Shown here: positions 1 to 10,079 of the stretch, in pieces
How positions within the stretch are numbered: position 1 is the stretch's first letter
Layout of the letters: each line of letters opens with the position of its first letter
NCBI GenBank assembly: GCA_965248055.1
Contig: CBDFIJ010000004.1
Coordinates: forward strand, 2,496,001-2,560,000
Reading direction: 5' to 3'
Source of the DNA: Candidatus Multivoradales bacterium
GTDB taxonomy: Bacteria; Acidobacteriota; Thermoanaerobaculia; Multivoradales; JAHEKO01
DNA: 64,000 nt
The notes under the pieces: generated by a model
The model's input: the letters and a program-made list of their open reading frames with translations, nothing else
Database searches by the model: none
Told to the model about the DNA's origin: nothing
Position numbers and translations under genes: made by a program

Positions 1-1
1 C

Positions 2-1564
2 GACTTGGAACGCAACGTACCGATGGATCGGCTTCTGTGCGGCGACGTCGGTTTCGGCAAAACCGAAGTGGCGATGCGCGCAGCCGCTCAGGCAGTCGAG
101 GCAGGGAGGCAGGTCGCCATTCTGGCGCCGACCACGATCCTGGCGGACCAGCACCTCACCAGCTTTCGGCGCAGATTTCGTGGTCTGCCGGTCCGAATCG
201 AGATGGTGTCCAGATTTCGCAGTCCAGCGGAGATTAAGCAGCTGTTTCAATCTCTCTCGGCGGGAGAAATCGATATTTTGGTTGGTACCCATCGAGTGCT
301 TGGAAAAACCCCGTTTCGCAATCTCGGCCTCTTGGTGGTGGATGAAGAGCAACGTTTTGGGGTTGGTCACAAAGAGCAGTTGGTGGAGAGCCGAAAAAAC
401 CTGCACGTTCTGTCGATGTCGGCAACGCCGGTGCCCAGAACCTTGCAGCTGGCACTTGGTGGCGTGCGCGATCTGTCTCTGATCGAGACTCCACCGCGCG
501 ACCGGATGGCGGTAGAAACCGCCGTGGTGCCGTTTTCCAAGCAGTTGATTCGTGAGGCCGCGGAGCACGAAAGGGGCCGGGGTGGTCAGGTTTATTATCT
601 CTATAACCGGGTGCGCGACATAGAAGACATTGCCGCCCGGCTCAAGAGCTGGTTACCCGACTTTCGTATTGCTGTGGGGCATGGCCAGCTGCCCGAAGAT
701 GAACTGGCGAAACGTATGCACGCGTTTCAGGACGGCGAGTACGACTTGTTGATCGCCACGACGATTATTGCCAATGGCATCGATATCCCCAACGTCAACA
801 CCATGCTGGTGCACAACGCCCAGATGTTCGGTTTGGGAGAGTTGTATCAATTGCGCGGACGCGTCGGGCGCAGCGCTCGATTGGGGTATTGCTATTTGAT
901 GGTTCCTGGGGATCGTGTGGTGACCGAAACGGCGCGTAGGCGGCTGACCGCGATTCGAGAATTCACCGAACTCGGTGCCGGTTTTCGGGTCGCGGCGCGG
1001 GATCTGGAGATTCGTGGCGCGGGAGATGTCCTGGGGGCGGAACAAAGCGGCCATATTGCCTCTGTGGGTGTGGAGACCTACCTCAAGCTCTTGGATGAAG
1101 CCGTTCGGGTGCTCAAAGGGGAGGATGTCGAAGAGCCGGTTTCCTGCGCCATTGAGTTGCCGGGCGAGGCCGGGATTCCGAACACCTACGTTGCCGAGCC
1201 AGGGTTGCGGCTCGACCTCTACCAACGATTGGGCGAGATCGAAACTAACCTCGACCAACTGCTTGAAGAGATGGTCGATCGGTTTGGTCCGGTGCCGCCG
1301 GAAGTCGAGGCGCTGTTTGTCGTCACCGCGCTACGCCGCCGAGCGGAACTTATGCGAGTTCAGTCTTTGACTTACAAACATGGCTCTCTCTACCTGCGGT
1401 TGCGTACCGACGCGAAAGTCGATGTTGAAAAACTGATTCAGTGGATGGAAGAAGAACCCAGCGTCACCTTCTCTCCCACCGGGGTACTGACGGTCGATGA
1501 TGTCGATCCGGCGCAGGCGATCGCGGCGAGCGAAGAACTGGTGGAACAATTATGGCAAGGCTAG
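2..1564 (+). CDS. mfd: Transcription-repair coupling factor Mfd (5' truncated by window edge)
   Basis: PMDRLLCGDVGFGKTEVA (Walker A), VDEEQRFG, MSATPVPRTL, QLRGRVGRS, DLEIRGAG (TRG motif), C-terminal TRCF domain; frame is open to the window start. Confidence 0.97.
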   Translation, partial: DLERNVPMDRLLCGDVGFGKTEVAMRAAAQAVEAGRQVAILAPTTILADQHLTSFRRRFRGLPVRIEMVSRFRSPAEIKQLFQSLSAGEIDILVGTHRVLGKTPFRNLGLLVVDEEQRFGVGHKEQLVESRKNLHVLSMSATPVPRTLQLALGGVRDLSLIETPPRDRMAVETAVVPFSKQLIREAAEHERGRGGQVYYLYNRVRDIEDIAARLKSWLPDFRIAVGHGQLPEDELAKRMHAFQDGEYDLLIATTIIANGIDIPNVNTMLVHNAQMFGLGELYQLRGRVGRSARLGYCYLMVPGDRVVTETARRRLTAIREFTELGAGFRVAARDLEIRGAGDVLGAEQSGHIASVGVETYLKLLDEAVRVLKGEDVEEPVSCAIELPGEAGIPNTYVAEPGLRLDLYQRLGEIETNLDQLLEEMVDRFGPVPPEVEALFVVTALRRRAELMRVQSLTYKHGSLYLRLRTDAKVDVEKLIQWMEEEPSVTFSPTGVLTVDDVDPAQAIAASEELVEQLWQG

Positions 1565-2415
1565 GATCTTTGACTTTCAGCCCGCGGAGTTTTTTTTGGG
1601 TGACAATCACAGTGGGTGTAGCGGTCCTCGCAGCTTGTGCTCGTCCGGCTGAGCCGGATGTCGTTGCTTTCGTGGAAGGGGAGTCGGTTCGCTATCAAGC
1701 ATTTTCGGAATACGTGGAGGCAAACGTTGGTAGGCGAGCGGAAGCGCTCAATTCCGACGTCTTGGAAGTACTTTTTGATGAATTCCTGGACGAGATTATC
1801 GCCCGTCGTATTGCCGCGCGAGAAGTTCCCGCTGGGACGCCCCGGGAGCGCAACTTCGAGGTTTGGGTCGACGGTCTAACGGTCGAGCCGCCGAGTACAG
1901 ATGAGCTCTTTCGTCGATTTCGATCCGATGCTCAAGACCTGTCCCGTCCACCTCGGGTGGTTCTTCGCCAGATCGTGACAGAGACCTTTGAACAAGCTCA
2001 CGGAGCTCGCCAGGAAATCCTCGATGGGGCTGAGTTTGGCGAAGTCGCTGATCGTTTTTCGCAGCACGAGTTCGCTCCGGCGGGAGGATTGCAAGGGGTT
2101 TTCTCGGAGGATGACCTGCCGCAAAATATTGCGGAGCAGGTGTTCGCCCTACCGGAACACACGGTTAGTTTGATCGTTGAAATGGATTTCGGGTTCGCCT
2201 TGTACCAGGTCGATGAAATTTTGTCGGCGGAAGAGGTGGAATTTAACGGTGTACGCGAAACCTTGGAGCAGCAGATTTTGAGTGAACGAAGACAGCAGCA
2301 ACTGGTTCAACGGGTCGAATCGCATCGAACGCGGGACAATGTGACAATCTACCCACGCAATTTGCCCTTTGACTACCGTGGGGCATACAAGGACTTGGTA
2401 AATGAGATCAACTAG
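1552..2415 (+). CDS. SurA/PrsA-like parvulin-type foldase, probable lipoprotein
   Basis: Lipobox-like VLAAC; VVAFVEGESV N-domain; parvulin-like segment GAEFGEVADRFS...GGLQG...LPQNIAEQVF...FGFALYQV; follows mfd. Confidence 0.8.
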   Translation: MARLGSLTFSPRSFFWVTITVGVAVLAACARPAEPDVVAFVEGESVRYQAFSEYVEANVGRRAEALNSDVLEVLFDEFLDEIIARRIAAREVPAGTPRERNFEVWVDGLTVEPPSTDELFRRFRSDAQDLSRPPRVVLRQIVTETFEQAHGARQEILDGAEFGEVADRFSQHEFAPAGGLQGVFSEDDLPQNIAEQVFALPEHTVSLIVEMDFGFALYQVDEILSAEEVEFNGVRETLEQQILSERRQQQLVQRVESHRTRDNVTIYPRNLPFDYRGAYKDLVNEIN

Positions 2416-3529
2416 AAAAACATTCTTGACCCTCGCCGTTATGGCTGTGGCCATGGTGGCGGGGCTCTCGGTTCTGGTGGCGGAGACGGTGGATAACCAC
2501 ATCGTTGTTCGGGTCAACAATCGAATCGCGACCTTGGTCGACTATCAACTACAAAGAGATGATCGGCTACGGGCGATGGCGGCAGCGGACATTCCCCCCG
2601 ACCAACGGGATCAAATCCTAGATACGTTGGGTGAGAGCGTGATGGCTGACCTGGTCGAGGAACTGCTAATGCTGTCGCGCGCCGACCAGTTGGGAATTTC
2701 CGCCCCACGGGCCGCGGTCGACCAAGAAATGGCGGCTGCGCGGGGGCGAGCCGGCGCGAGCACCGACGATGAGTTTCAGGTCGCGCTAGCTCGTGCCGGG
2801 ATGAACGAAGAAGATCTGCGCAGTCAAATTGAAAATAACCTGATCGTGCGGCAGGTGATTAGTCGTGAAGTGGTGGGCCAGATTGAAATTACCGAAGAAG
2901 ACCTCCGACGGTATTATTTTGAGAACGCCGACGAATTTACCGTGGCAGAACGCCGCAAAGTGCGCGAATTTGTGCTCTCTGACACCGCAGGAACCGCGGA
3001 AGAACGGAGTCAAGCAGCAACTCGCATTCAGGAAGCGATTGCCGGGGGCGCGGATCCGGTTACTACGGTCGCTGAAGAGCCTCTGGCCGGCGCATGGTTT
3101 GAATTGGGCTGGGTTGAAAGAAGCGATCTTGAAGTCATCCTTGCCGACGCCGCTTGGGGCTTGACCGAAGGTCAAATTAGTCACCCGGTTGAGGGTCGTG
3201 GTGGGCTGCATGTGCTGCAAGTGCTTGAAGTGACAGCTCCCGAACTGATTGATTTCCAGGATGTTCGTGAACAGATCGGGGCTCGAGAGCAGCAGCGTAT
3301 TTTTGCCGAAAATTACGACGGATATGTCGACGATCTAAGGCGCGACAGCTATGTGCAGATCAACGAAATGCCGGACGACGCTAAGGATTTCGATATTGAG
3401 GCCTCCGCTCAGAGAGTGACCTTGAACGACCTTGAAGTGGCCGATGACTTGGCAGGCGAGGCCTCCTCTGAAGAGGCGGAGGTCGCCCCCGAAGAAACCG
3501 CAGTGAGTACGACTCCGGCGGAGGGATAG
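2402..3529 (+). CDS. SurA-like periplasmic chaperone / peptidylprolyl isomerase
   Basis: Signal peptide; SurA N-domain VDNHIVVRVNNRI...LVEELLMLSRA; degenerate parvulin domain ELGWV...LTEGQISHPV...GLHVLQV; acidic tail. Confidence 0.85.
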   Translation: MRSTRKTFLTLAVMAVAMVAGLSVLVAETVDNHIVVRVNNRIATLVDYQLQRDDRLRAMAAADIPPDQRDQILDTLGESVMADLVEELLMLSRADQLGISAPRAAVDQEMAAARGRAGASTDDEFQVALARAGMNEEDLRSQIENNLIVRQVISREVVGQIEITEEDLRRYYFENADEFTVAERRKVREFVLSDTAGTAEERSQAATRIQEAIAGGADPVTTVAEEPLAGAWFELGWVERSDLEVILADAAWGLTEGQISHPVEGRGGLHVLQVLEVTAPELIDFQDVREQIGAREQQRIFAENYDGYVDDLRRDSYVQINEMPDDAKDFDIEASAQRVTLNDLEVADDLAGEASSEEAEVAPEETAVSTTPAEG

Positions 3530-3616
3530 CCAAGCGGCTGGAAACCGGCCGAAATCACCTGAAACGAGCAGTTGGAAAAGCCCTAAATTGGCTCAACTAC
3601 TTAGTTTAGATACTTG

Positions 3617-3650
3617 GTGGCCAATAGTGGCCTAATGTGGACAATAGTGG
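3617..3650 (+). promoter_or_regulatory. MraZ-binding direct repeats (4 x GTGG, 10-bp period)
   Basis: GTGG at 3617, 3627, 3637 and 3647 (GTGGccaataGTGGcctaatGTGGacaataGTGG), just upstream of a TGnTACACT extended -10-like box (3658-3666) and mraZ. Confidence 0.85.
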
Positions 3651-3701
3651 CCCTCATTGCTACACTGGCGCGACTCTTTCCCAAGGAAGGGGACTTAAGC
3701 T

Positions 3702-4142
3702 GTGCTGCGTGGAAGTGCCACTACAAAAATCGACACCAAGGGTCGACTCAAGATTCCGACGGAATTACGTCGTCGATTGGTTGAAGAGCACGGCCGCGAT
3801 GTCTTTATCACCTCAGTCTTAGGTGATTCCGCACTGATTTACCCGCTTCCTACTTGGGAAGGCATTGAACAACGGTTGCTGGCGCTACCGTCGACAGATC
3901 GCACTCGGCGCAAGTATCTGGAACGAGTTCACTATTTCGGGCAAGAAGCACAACTCGATGCGCAAGGCCGCGCGGTAATCCCACAGATTCTGCGTTCCAG
4001 TGCGCAAATCGAGGGCGAAGTTGTTGTCGGTGCGCGTCTGGACCATCTGGAGATCTGGAACAAAGACCGTTTGAGCCGTCGATTCGAGGGCGAACCGTTT
4101 ACCGAAGCGGACTTCGAGTACCTCAGCGAAAAAGGCATTTAG
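3702..4142 (+). CDS. mraZ: Division/cell wall cluster transcriptional regulator MraZ
   Basis: Two DxKGR/DxQGR motifs (IDTKGRLKIP, LDAQGRAVIP), HLEIW; first gene of the dcw cluster. Confidence 0.97.
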   Translation: MLRGSATTKIDTKGRLKIPTELRRRLVEEHGRDVFITSVLGDSALIYPLPTWEGIEQRLLALPSTDRTRRKYLERVHYFGQEAQLDAQGRAVIPQILRSSAQIEGEVVVGARLDHLEIWNKDRLSRRFEGEPFTEADFEYLSEKGI

Positions 4143-4155
4143 GTGAGAGCCCAAG

Positions 4156-5124
4156 ATGCCTGCCGAGGAGTCAATCAGCAATGATCGGTGGGCTCGCAAG
4201 CATGTGCCTGTTTTGCTGGCGGAGTCGCTCTATTGGTTGGCACCCAGGCACGGAGTTTTTGTCGATTGCACTCTGGGCGCAGCCGGGCACGCGGTCCGTT
4301 TGTTGGAGGCGGACGCGGGCGTCCGTTTGGTCGGTATTGACCGCGACCCAGTGGCGCTGGGCTTGGCGACCGAGCGCCTGGAACCGTTTCAGGACCGGGT
4401 CGAGTTGGTGCAGGGGCGTTTCGATCAACTGGAGGAAATCTTGGGGCGACTCAAGATCGAAAAGGTCGACGGAATCTTTGCCGACCTCGGGGTCTCATCG
4501 ATGCAACTGGAGACCGCGGAACGAGGGTTCAGTTTTCGTTTCTCGGGACCCCTCGATATGCGAATGGGTGCTGACGCGACCACTGCTGGGGAACTGTTGA
4601 ACGGTTTGGAGGAGGCTGATTTGTATCGGATATTGCGCGAATACGGTGAGGAACGGAAAGCCAGGCGGATCGCCCGAGAAATCGTCAGGCGGCGAGAGGT
4701 GCGTCCCTTGGAGACCACCGAAGATCTTACCGAAGCGGTGAGAGCTGCGGTCGGCCCTACTCCTCGCAATAGGGCGCATCGCAACAGCAAAATTCATCCA
4801 GCTACCCGGACTTTCCAGGCGCTGCGGATTGCGGTCAACGAAGAATTGACCGGACTTCAGAGCATGTTGGATGGGGTGACGGACTTGCTCAATCCGGAGG
4901 GCAGACTGGTCTTAATTTCCTACCACAGCCTTGAGGATCGCATCGTCAAACACACACTGCGAGGAATGGCTGAAGTTGAAAAGGACCAGATCACCGGGCG
5001 TCCGCTGACCGAGCAGCGCGCGATCGAGGTCTTGACCAAGAAACCGATCCGACCCAGCGTCGAAGAGGTCAACGCCAACCCGCGATCTAGGTCGGCCAAA
5101 CTGAGGGCTGCGCGGAGAGTCTAA
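4156..5124 (+). CDS. rsmH: 16S rRNA m4C1402 methyltransferase RsmH
   Basis: HVPVLL, DCTLGAAGHA, DLGVSSMQL, RGFSF, PLDMRM, HPATRTFQALRIAVN, SYHSLEDRIVK, NPRSRSAKLR. Confidence 0.98.
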   Translation: MPAEESISNDRWARKHVPVLLAESLYWLAPRHGVFVDCTLGAAGHAVRLLEADAGVRLVGIDRDPVALGLATERLEPFQDRVELVQGRFDQLEEILGRLKIEKVDGIFADLGVSSMQLETAERGFSFRFSGPLDMRMGADATTAGELLNGLEEADLYRILREYGEERKARRIAREIVRRREVRPLETTEDLTEAVRAAVGPTPRNRAHRNSKIHPATRTFQALRIAVNEELTGLQSMLDGVTDLLNPEGRLVLISYHSLEDRIVKHTLRGMAEVEKDQITGRPLTEQRAIEVLTKKPIRPSVEEVNANPRSRSAKLRAARRV

Positions 5125-5466
5125 GTGCGAGGTGCTTACGTTGCCACCCGACCGGTTACCAATTCCTACTTGGTGCGCGAACGCGACCGCCGGAAGATCC
5201 GTGAATTGATGCTGGTGGTCGCACTTACCCTTCCGCCGGTCCTTGGTGCTTTGGGGAATATCTGGCTTCGAGGTCAGGTGGTTCGCACCGGATACGAGAT
5301 CAACCAGAAAGAGCGAGCACTGGTCGAACTCGAGCGCCGTCAACGGCAGCTGGAGTTGCAGTGGACGGCCCGTTCGAGTCCGGCAAACGTCGAAGCGAGA
5401 GCAACAGCTATTGGTTTGATCGAACCAGGTCTCGAGCAAGTGATCCGCTTGGGGGAATGGCAGTGA
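5125..5466 (+). CDS. ftsL: Cell division protein FtsL
   Basis: Small single-TM protein followed by a leucine-rich coiled coil; position between rsmH and ftsI. Confidence 0.85.
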   Translation: MRGAYVATRPVTNSYLVRERDRRKIRELMLVVALTLPPVLGALGNIWLRGQVVRTGYEINQKERALVELERRQRQLELQWTARSSPANVEARATAIGLIEPGLEQVIRLGEWQ

Positions 5467-5479
5467 GGGTGGTAGCACG

Positions 5480-7231
5480 GTGAAATGGCTGAGACCCACC
5501 TTAGTCTTGCTTGCCCTGGTTGGCTGGATGGGCGGAATCGTCTACCGGCTGGCGGATTTGCAGATCGTCCGTAGCGACGTTTATCGCGAAAAAGCGGAGC
5601 AGCAGCAACAGCGGGTGGTTGAATTGGAGCCACCCAGAGGGACTATTTACGATCGACAGGGGCGGCCGATGGCTGTGTCGATGACGGTTGAGTCGGCATT
5701 CGCCGTGCCATCCCGAGTCGACGATCCAGCACTCACTGCCAAGGCGTTGGCGCCGATCATCGGGGTCAAATGGAGTGAGCTGGTCCCCAAATTGACCGCG
5801 GAAAGGAGCTTTTCGTGGGTCGCTCGCAAACTTGACTTTGATCAGTCTGAGGCGATTCGCGCGCTCGATCTGGACGGCATCGATTTCGTTCGCGAGTCAC
5901 GTCGCTACTATCCGAACGGCACTCTGGCGGCGAATTTATTGGGCTTCGTCGGCACCGACCACAAGGGATTGGGCGGTCTTGAAGCGGGATACAACCAGGC
6001 GGTGATGGGTGATGCGGTTCAAAGACAGGTTGTGCGCGATGCCCGTGGAGCTTGGGTGACCGCGGAAGAGCGATCCTTCTCCGACCCGGAGCCCGGTGCC
6101 GATCTCCATTTGAGCGTCGACGCGGTGGTCCAGCACATTGTCGAAACCGAGTTGGCGGACTCGGTCAAGAGGTCCAAGTCGTTGGGTGGAACTGCGGTGT
6201 TGATGGATCCACGAAACGGCGAGATTTTGGCGATGGCGTCAGTGCCGACGTTTGACCCCAACAACTACCAAAAATTCGACGCCCACGCGCGCCGACTACG
6301 ACCGGTTAGCGACGTTTTCGAGCCCGGGTCCACGTTCAAGATCATCACTTTGGCCGCGGCGATGTCCGATCATTTGGTGACCGCCGCTGACGAATTCCAT
6401 TGTGGCAATGGGTTCGTGGTTCTGGGTAACGGAAAAAGAGTCCGCGACCATCACCCTTACGATCAGCTTTCGGTGGCCGACATCATCGCCAAGTCAAGCA
6501 ATGTAGGAGCCATCCGGATCGGCGAAGTGGCTGGTCGCGAGCGCTTTTACTCGACCATTGCGGATTTTGGATTTGGACAACGCACTGGAATCGACGTTCC
6601 GGGTGAGAGCGGAGGAATGCTCCGCGACTTGGAGGATTGGGACAAGTACGCCCATTCCTATGCGGCGTTTGGCCACGGGATCGCGGTCACCACGATTCAA
6701 ATGGTCAATTCCTTCGCCGCGATCGCCAATGGAGGCACCTTGTGGAAGCCACGGGTGGTGCTGCGAGTTAGCGACCAAGAGATACCTGCCGAAGTCTTGG
6801 GTCAGCCACTGACGCGGGCAACCGCGTTGGATTTGGAGCGCATTCTGGAGCACGTGGTGGAGAAAGGAACCGCCAAGGGTGCACGGGTTCTTGGTTATCG
6901 AGTTGCCGGCAAGACCGGAACTCCACAAAAAGTAACTCGCGATCGGCGAGGCTACTCGCACCAGCTCTACATGCCGAGTTTTGTCGGGTTTGCGCCGTCC
7001 CGCGAACCGCGTTTGGTTGGGTTTGTCCTGATTGACGAGCCGGCTGGTGCAGAGGAGGGTGGGGTAGTTGCCGCACCGACCTTTCAGCGCATCGTTGAAC
7101 GAGTGTTTCGCTATTGGCGGCTACCTCCTGACGACAGTTGGCCACCTGAGCCGGAGCTCAATCCGGTCTTGGTTGTTGATCACGCTGAGGGAAGAGTTGC
7201 GGATGGCGTGTCTTCAGGAGTCGAGGGGTGA
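5480..7231 (+). CDS. ftsI: Peptidoglycan D,D-transpeptidase FtsI (class B PBP)
   Basis: RGTIYDR, RYYP, EPGSTFK (SxxK), SSN, KTGT; no PASTA domain. Confidence 0.95.
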   Translation: MKWLRPTLVLLALVGWMGGIVYRLADLQIVRSDVYREKAEQQQQRVVELEPPRGTIYDRQGRPMAVSMTVESAFAVPSRVDDPALTAKALAPIIGVKWSELVPKLTAERSFSWVARKLDFDQSEAIRALDLDGIDFVRESRRYYPNGTLAANLLGFVGTDHKGLGGLEAGYNQAVMGDAVQRQVVRDARGAWVTAEERSFSDPEPGADLHLSVDAVVQHIVETELADSVKRSKSLGGTAVLMDPRNGEILAMASVPTFDPNNYQKFDAHARRLRPVSDVFEPGSTFKIITLAAAMSDHLVTAADEFHCGNGFVVLGNGKRVRDHHPYDQLSVADIIAKSSNVGAIRIGEVAGRERFYSTIADFGFGQRTGIDVPGESGGMLRDLEDWDKYAHSYAAFGHGIAVTTIQMVNSFAAIANGGTLWKPRVVLRVSDQEIPAEVLGQPLTRATALDLERILEHVVEKGTAKGARVLGYRVAGKTGTPQKVTRDRRGYSHQLYMPSFVGFAPSREPRLVGFVLIDEPAGAEEGGVVAAPTFQRIVERVFRYWRLPPDDSWPPEPELNPVLVVDHAEGRVADGVSSGVEG

Positions 7232-8673
7232 ACGTGCAAGCCTTGCTTCAAGACTTCCCGATCCAGGGGCCGATACCTTATGACCTTGAGGTGATGGGGA
7301 TTGCCATGGACTCGCGCAAAACGACTCCAGGAGATCTCTTTGTCGCTTTGATCGGCTCCAATTACGACGGCCGGATGTTTGCTGCCCAAGCAGTTGCCAA
7401 CGGAGCAGTGGCGGTTTTGGCCGAAGGGCCTGAGGTCGATTCCGCTTCGGTGCCATGGCTGCAGACGGAAAACGCCCGCAATCTTCTCGGTCCGATGTCT
7501 TCGCGTTTGTGGGCGCAGCCGGATCAACGGCTGAAGATGGTTGGTATCACTGGCACCAACGGCAAGACTACTCTGGCCGAGCTGTCCTCCGCGATCCTTG
7601 AGGGCGCTGGCGTGCGTAGCGTGCGGATCGGAACTTTGGGTACCCGGTTTGGCGATCATCAATCAGGCCCGCAACGAACCACCCCGGAAGCTCCGGAGCT
7701 CTACGCTTCTCTTGAGCGAGCGGCTGATCAAGGAATCGAGGCTGCGGTGCTGGAGGTTTCGTCTCACGGAATCGCTCAGGGCAGGGTCGGTGAACTGGAA
7801 TTCGACGTTGCGGCCTTCACCAATCTGAGCCGCGACCACTTCGACTTCCACGATGGTTGGGAGGATTACTACAGCACCAAGAAGCGGCTATTTGACCAAC
7901 TCAAGGTCGGCGGCAGAGCAGTGGTTGGTACCGACGATCGATATGGACAGCGCCTGGTGTCAGAGCTGTCAGACGCCCTCACCTACGGTCGAGATGGAGA
8001 GATCCGGGCACAGCGCGCCGAGCTTTCGTTTACCGGGATCCGAGCGACGGTGCGTACCCCTAGAGGCGATATCGAGATCGAGAGCCCTCTGATTGGGGCC
8101 TACAACTTGAGCAATCTTCTGGGCGCAATGGCGATTGCCGAAGTCTTGGAAATCCCTCATGGCCGGGTAATTGCCGGAATCGCCGAAGTAACTCCGATCG
8201 ACGGTCGACTGGAGCCGGTGCCGGGGAGAGTTCCGGCATTCGTCGACTACGCCCATACCTCGGCAGGTCTGGAGGCGGCTCTTGGCGCGTTAAGAGAGCT
8301 GGGAGCAAAGCATCTAATCGTGGTTTTTGGCTGTGGGGGTGACCGTGATGTTGGCAAACGAGTACCCATGGGTGAAGCAGCAGGAGCCCTGGCAGATCTG
8401 GCTATTGCCACCTCGGACAACCCACGCAGTGAGAATCCTCAGCGAATTCTCGACGCAGTCGAAGAGGGGCTAAGAGCGACCTCCGGACCGTCAGGGTACC
8501 TAGTAGAACCCGACCGCAAGACCGCGATTCGTCGAGCGGTCCAGGAAGCCACTGCGGAATCGGTGATTTTGGTGGCCGGCAAAGGTCATGAGCGAGTGCA
8601 GATTGTTGGTGCGCAACAGATTCCTTTTTCCGACCAGATGGAACTGCGACAAGCCTTCGAGGTGGAGCGGTGA
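7228..8673 (+). CDS. murE: UDP-MurNAc-tripeptide synthetase MurE (meso-DAP type)
   Basis: GITGTNGKTT, EVSSH, TNLSRDHFDFH, VDYAHT, FGCGGDRD, DNPR (DAP specificity), AGKGHE. Confidence 0.97.
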   Translation: MNVQALLQDFPIQGPIPYDLEVMGIAMDSRKTTPGDLFVALIGSNYDGRMFAAQAVANGAVAVLAEGPEVDSASVPWLQTENARNLLGPMSSRLWAQPDQRLKMVGITGTNGKTTLAELSSAILEGAGVRSVRIGTLGTRFGDHQSGPQRTTPEAPELYASLERAADQGIEAAVLEVSSHGIAQGRVGELEFDVAAFTNLSRDHFDFHDGWEDYYSTKKRLFDQLKVGGRAVVGTDDRYGQRLVSELSDALTYGRDGEIRAQRAELSFTGIRATVRTPRGDIEIESPLIGAYNLSNLLGAMAIAEVLEIPHGRVIAGIAEVTPIDGRLEPVPGRVPAFVDYAHTSAGLEAALGALRELGAKHLIVVFGCGGDRDVGKRVPMGEAAGALADLAIATSDNPRSENPQRILDAVEEGLRATSGPSGYLVEPDRKTAIRRAVQEATAESVILVAGKGHERVQIVGAQQIPFSDQMELRQAFEVER

Positions 8674-10079
8674 CCCGGGCGATCAGCTATGCCGTTGAGG
8701 CGATGCAGGGCAGCCTGATCTGGGGCAGCGAAACCGCTCAATGGGAGGGCGTTGATATCGACTCTCGGCGGCTCACCGGTGGCGAGCTATTTATTGCTCT
8801 GGCGGGGGAGCGAGTGGACGGGCACGATTTCGTTAACGCAGCCTTCGAGGCCGGTGCCTCGGGTGTGGTGGTTGAACATCAGCTTGAGATGGTCGGGCAG
8901 CCGGAGACGCGCGGGGCCGGGATCTTGGTGTCGGACAGTTTCGTTGCTTTGCATCACCTAACCCGCAAAGTACGGAGTGAGAAACCCGAGCATTTGGTTG
9001 CGGTCACCGGGTCTGCTGGGAAGACCACCACTAAGGAACTACTGCATCGGATGTTGGCCAAGCGATTCCGTACGGCTGCCAGTCCAGGGAACTTCAACAA
9101 TCTCTACGGATTTCCGCTGTCGCTGCTCAACATCCCCAACGATACCGAGTGGATGGTGGCTGAGATGGGAATGTCGGAGCCGGGGGAACTGGGCCAGGTC
9201 AGTGCGCTAGGTCAACCTGAGATGGCGGTTTTCACCAACGTCGGGGAAGCGCACCTGGAGCGATTGGGCTCGCTGGAGGCGGTTGCCGAGGCAAAAGCCG
9301 AGTTGTTGCTGGGGCTTCAACCCGAAGGCTTGGTGGTGGCCAATTGTGACGACCCATGGGTTACGCAAATAGCGCAACGCCACGCAGACGCCGGTGGCCC
9401 GGTGGTGCTCTACGGCGCCGGCGAGCAAGCGGAGGTAGTGATCGGATCTCTGCAATCTGAGCCCGGGCGGACACTGTTCGACTTGTCGACAGTGGATGGA
9501 TCGGTAGCCGTAGATTTGCGCCTGCACGGGGATTACAACGCCTGGAATTTTGCCGCTGCTGCTGCCGCTGCGAATCAGGCAGGAGTTGACCTGGAGTCGA
9601 TCGCTGAGGTTGGTCTCGAAATAGCGCCGAACCGAATGCGAGGACGACTGGTGCGAGTCGGTGGCCTGACCCTGATCGATGACAGTTACAACTCCAACCC
9701 GCGAGCTTTCAAAGCTGCTCTGGCGTCCGCCTCCAAACTGCCCTGTGACCGCTGCCTAGTTGTGGCCGGGTCGATGTTGGAGTTGGGTGATGACGCGCAA
9801 CAACTTCATCGCCAGGCTGGGATCAACGCAGTCGAGTGTGGGTTCTCGTTGGTAGTGGGTGTTGGCGAAGAAGCGCGTTGGCTGGTCGATGCCGCTAATC
9901 AAGCAGGCGCCGAGACTTACTGGTACCCAGATGCTCCGTCAGCGTCCGACGATCTTGTGAAATTAGTGAAAACTGGAGACCTAGTGCTGGTCAAAGGCTC
10001 CAGGGGAGTGGCTTTGGAATCGCTGGTTGAACGGATCGAACGCGACTGGGTCGCGAGAGGGGAGCTGGATGCTGTATAG
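8670..10079 (+). CDS. murF: UDP-MurNAc-pentapeptide synthetase MurF
   Basis: TGSAGKTTTKE, NFNNLYG, EMGMS, DDSYNSNP, MLELG, LVKGSRG. Confidence 0.97.
   Translation: MTRAISYAVEAMQGSLIWGSETAQWEGVDIDSRRLTGGELFIALAGERVDGHDFVNAAFEAGASGVVVEHQLEMVGQPETRGAGILVSDSFVALHHLTRKVRSEKPEHLVAVTGSAGKTTTKELLHRMLAKRFRTAASPGNFNNLYGFPLSLLNIPNDTEWMVAEMGMSEPGELGQVSALGQPEMAVFTNVGEAHLERLGSLEAVAEAKAELLLGLQPEGLVVANCDDPWVTQIAQRHADAGGPVVLYGAGEQAEVVIGSLQSEPGRTLFDLSTVDGSVAVDLRLHGDYNAWNFAAAAAAANQAGVDLESIAEVGLEIAPNRMRGRLVRVGGLTLIDDSYNSNPRAFKAALASASKLPCDRCLVVAGSMLELGDDAQQLHRQAGINAVECGFSLVVGVGEEARWLVDAANQAGAETYWYPDAPSASDDLVKLVKTGDLVLVKGSRGVALESLVERIERDWVARGELDAV

Noticed and set aside
3617-3650. Periodic repeat considered as a mini-CRISPR or iteron array
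   Set aside because: 4-bp core with 6-bp spacers is far too short, and there are no cas or rep genes; explained by MraZ boxes.
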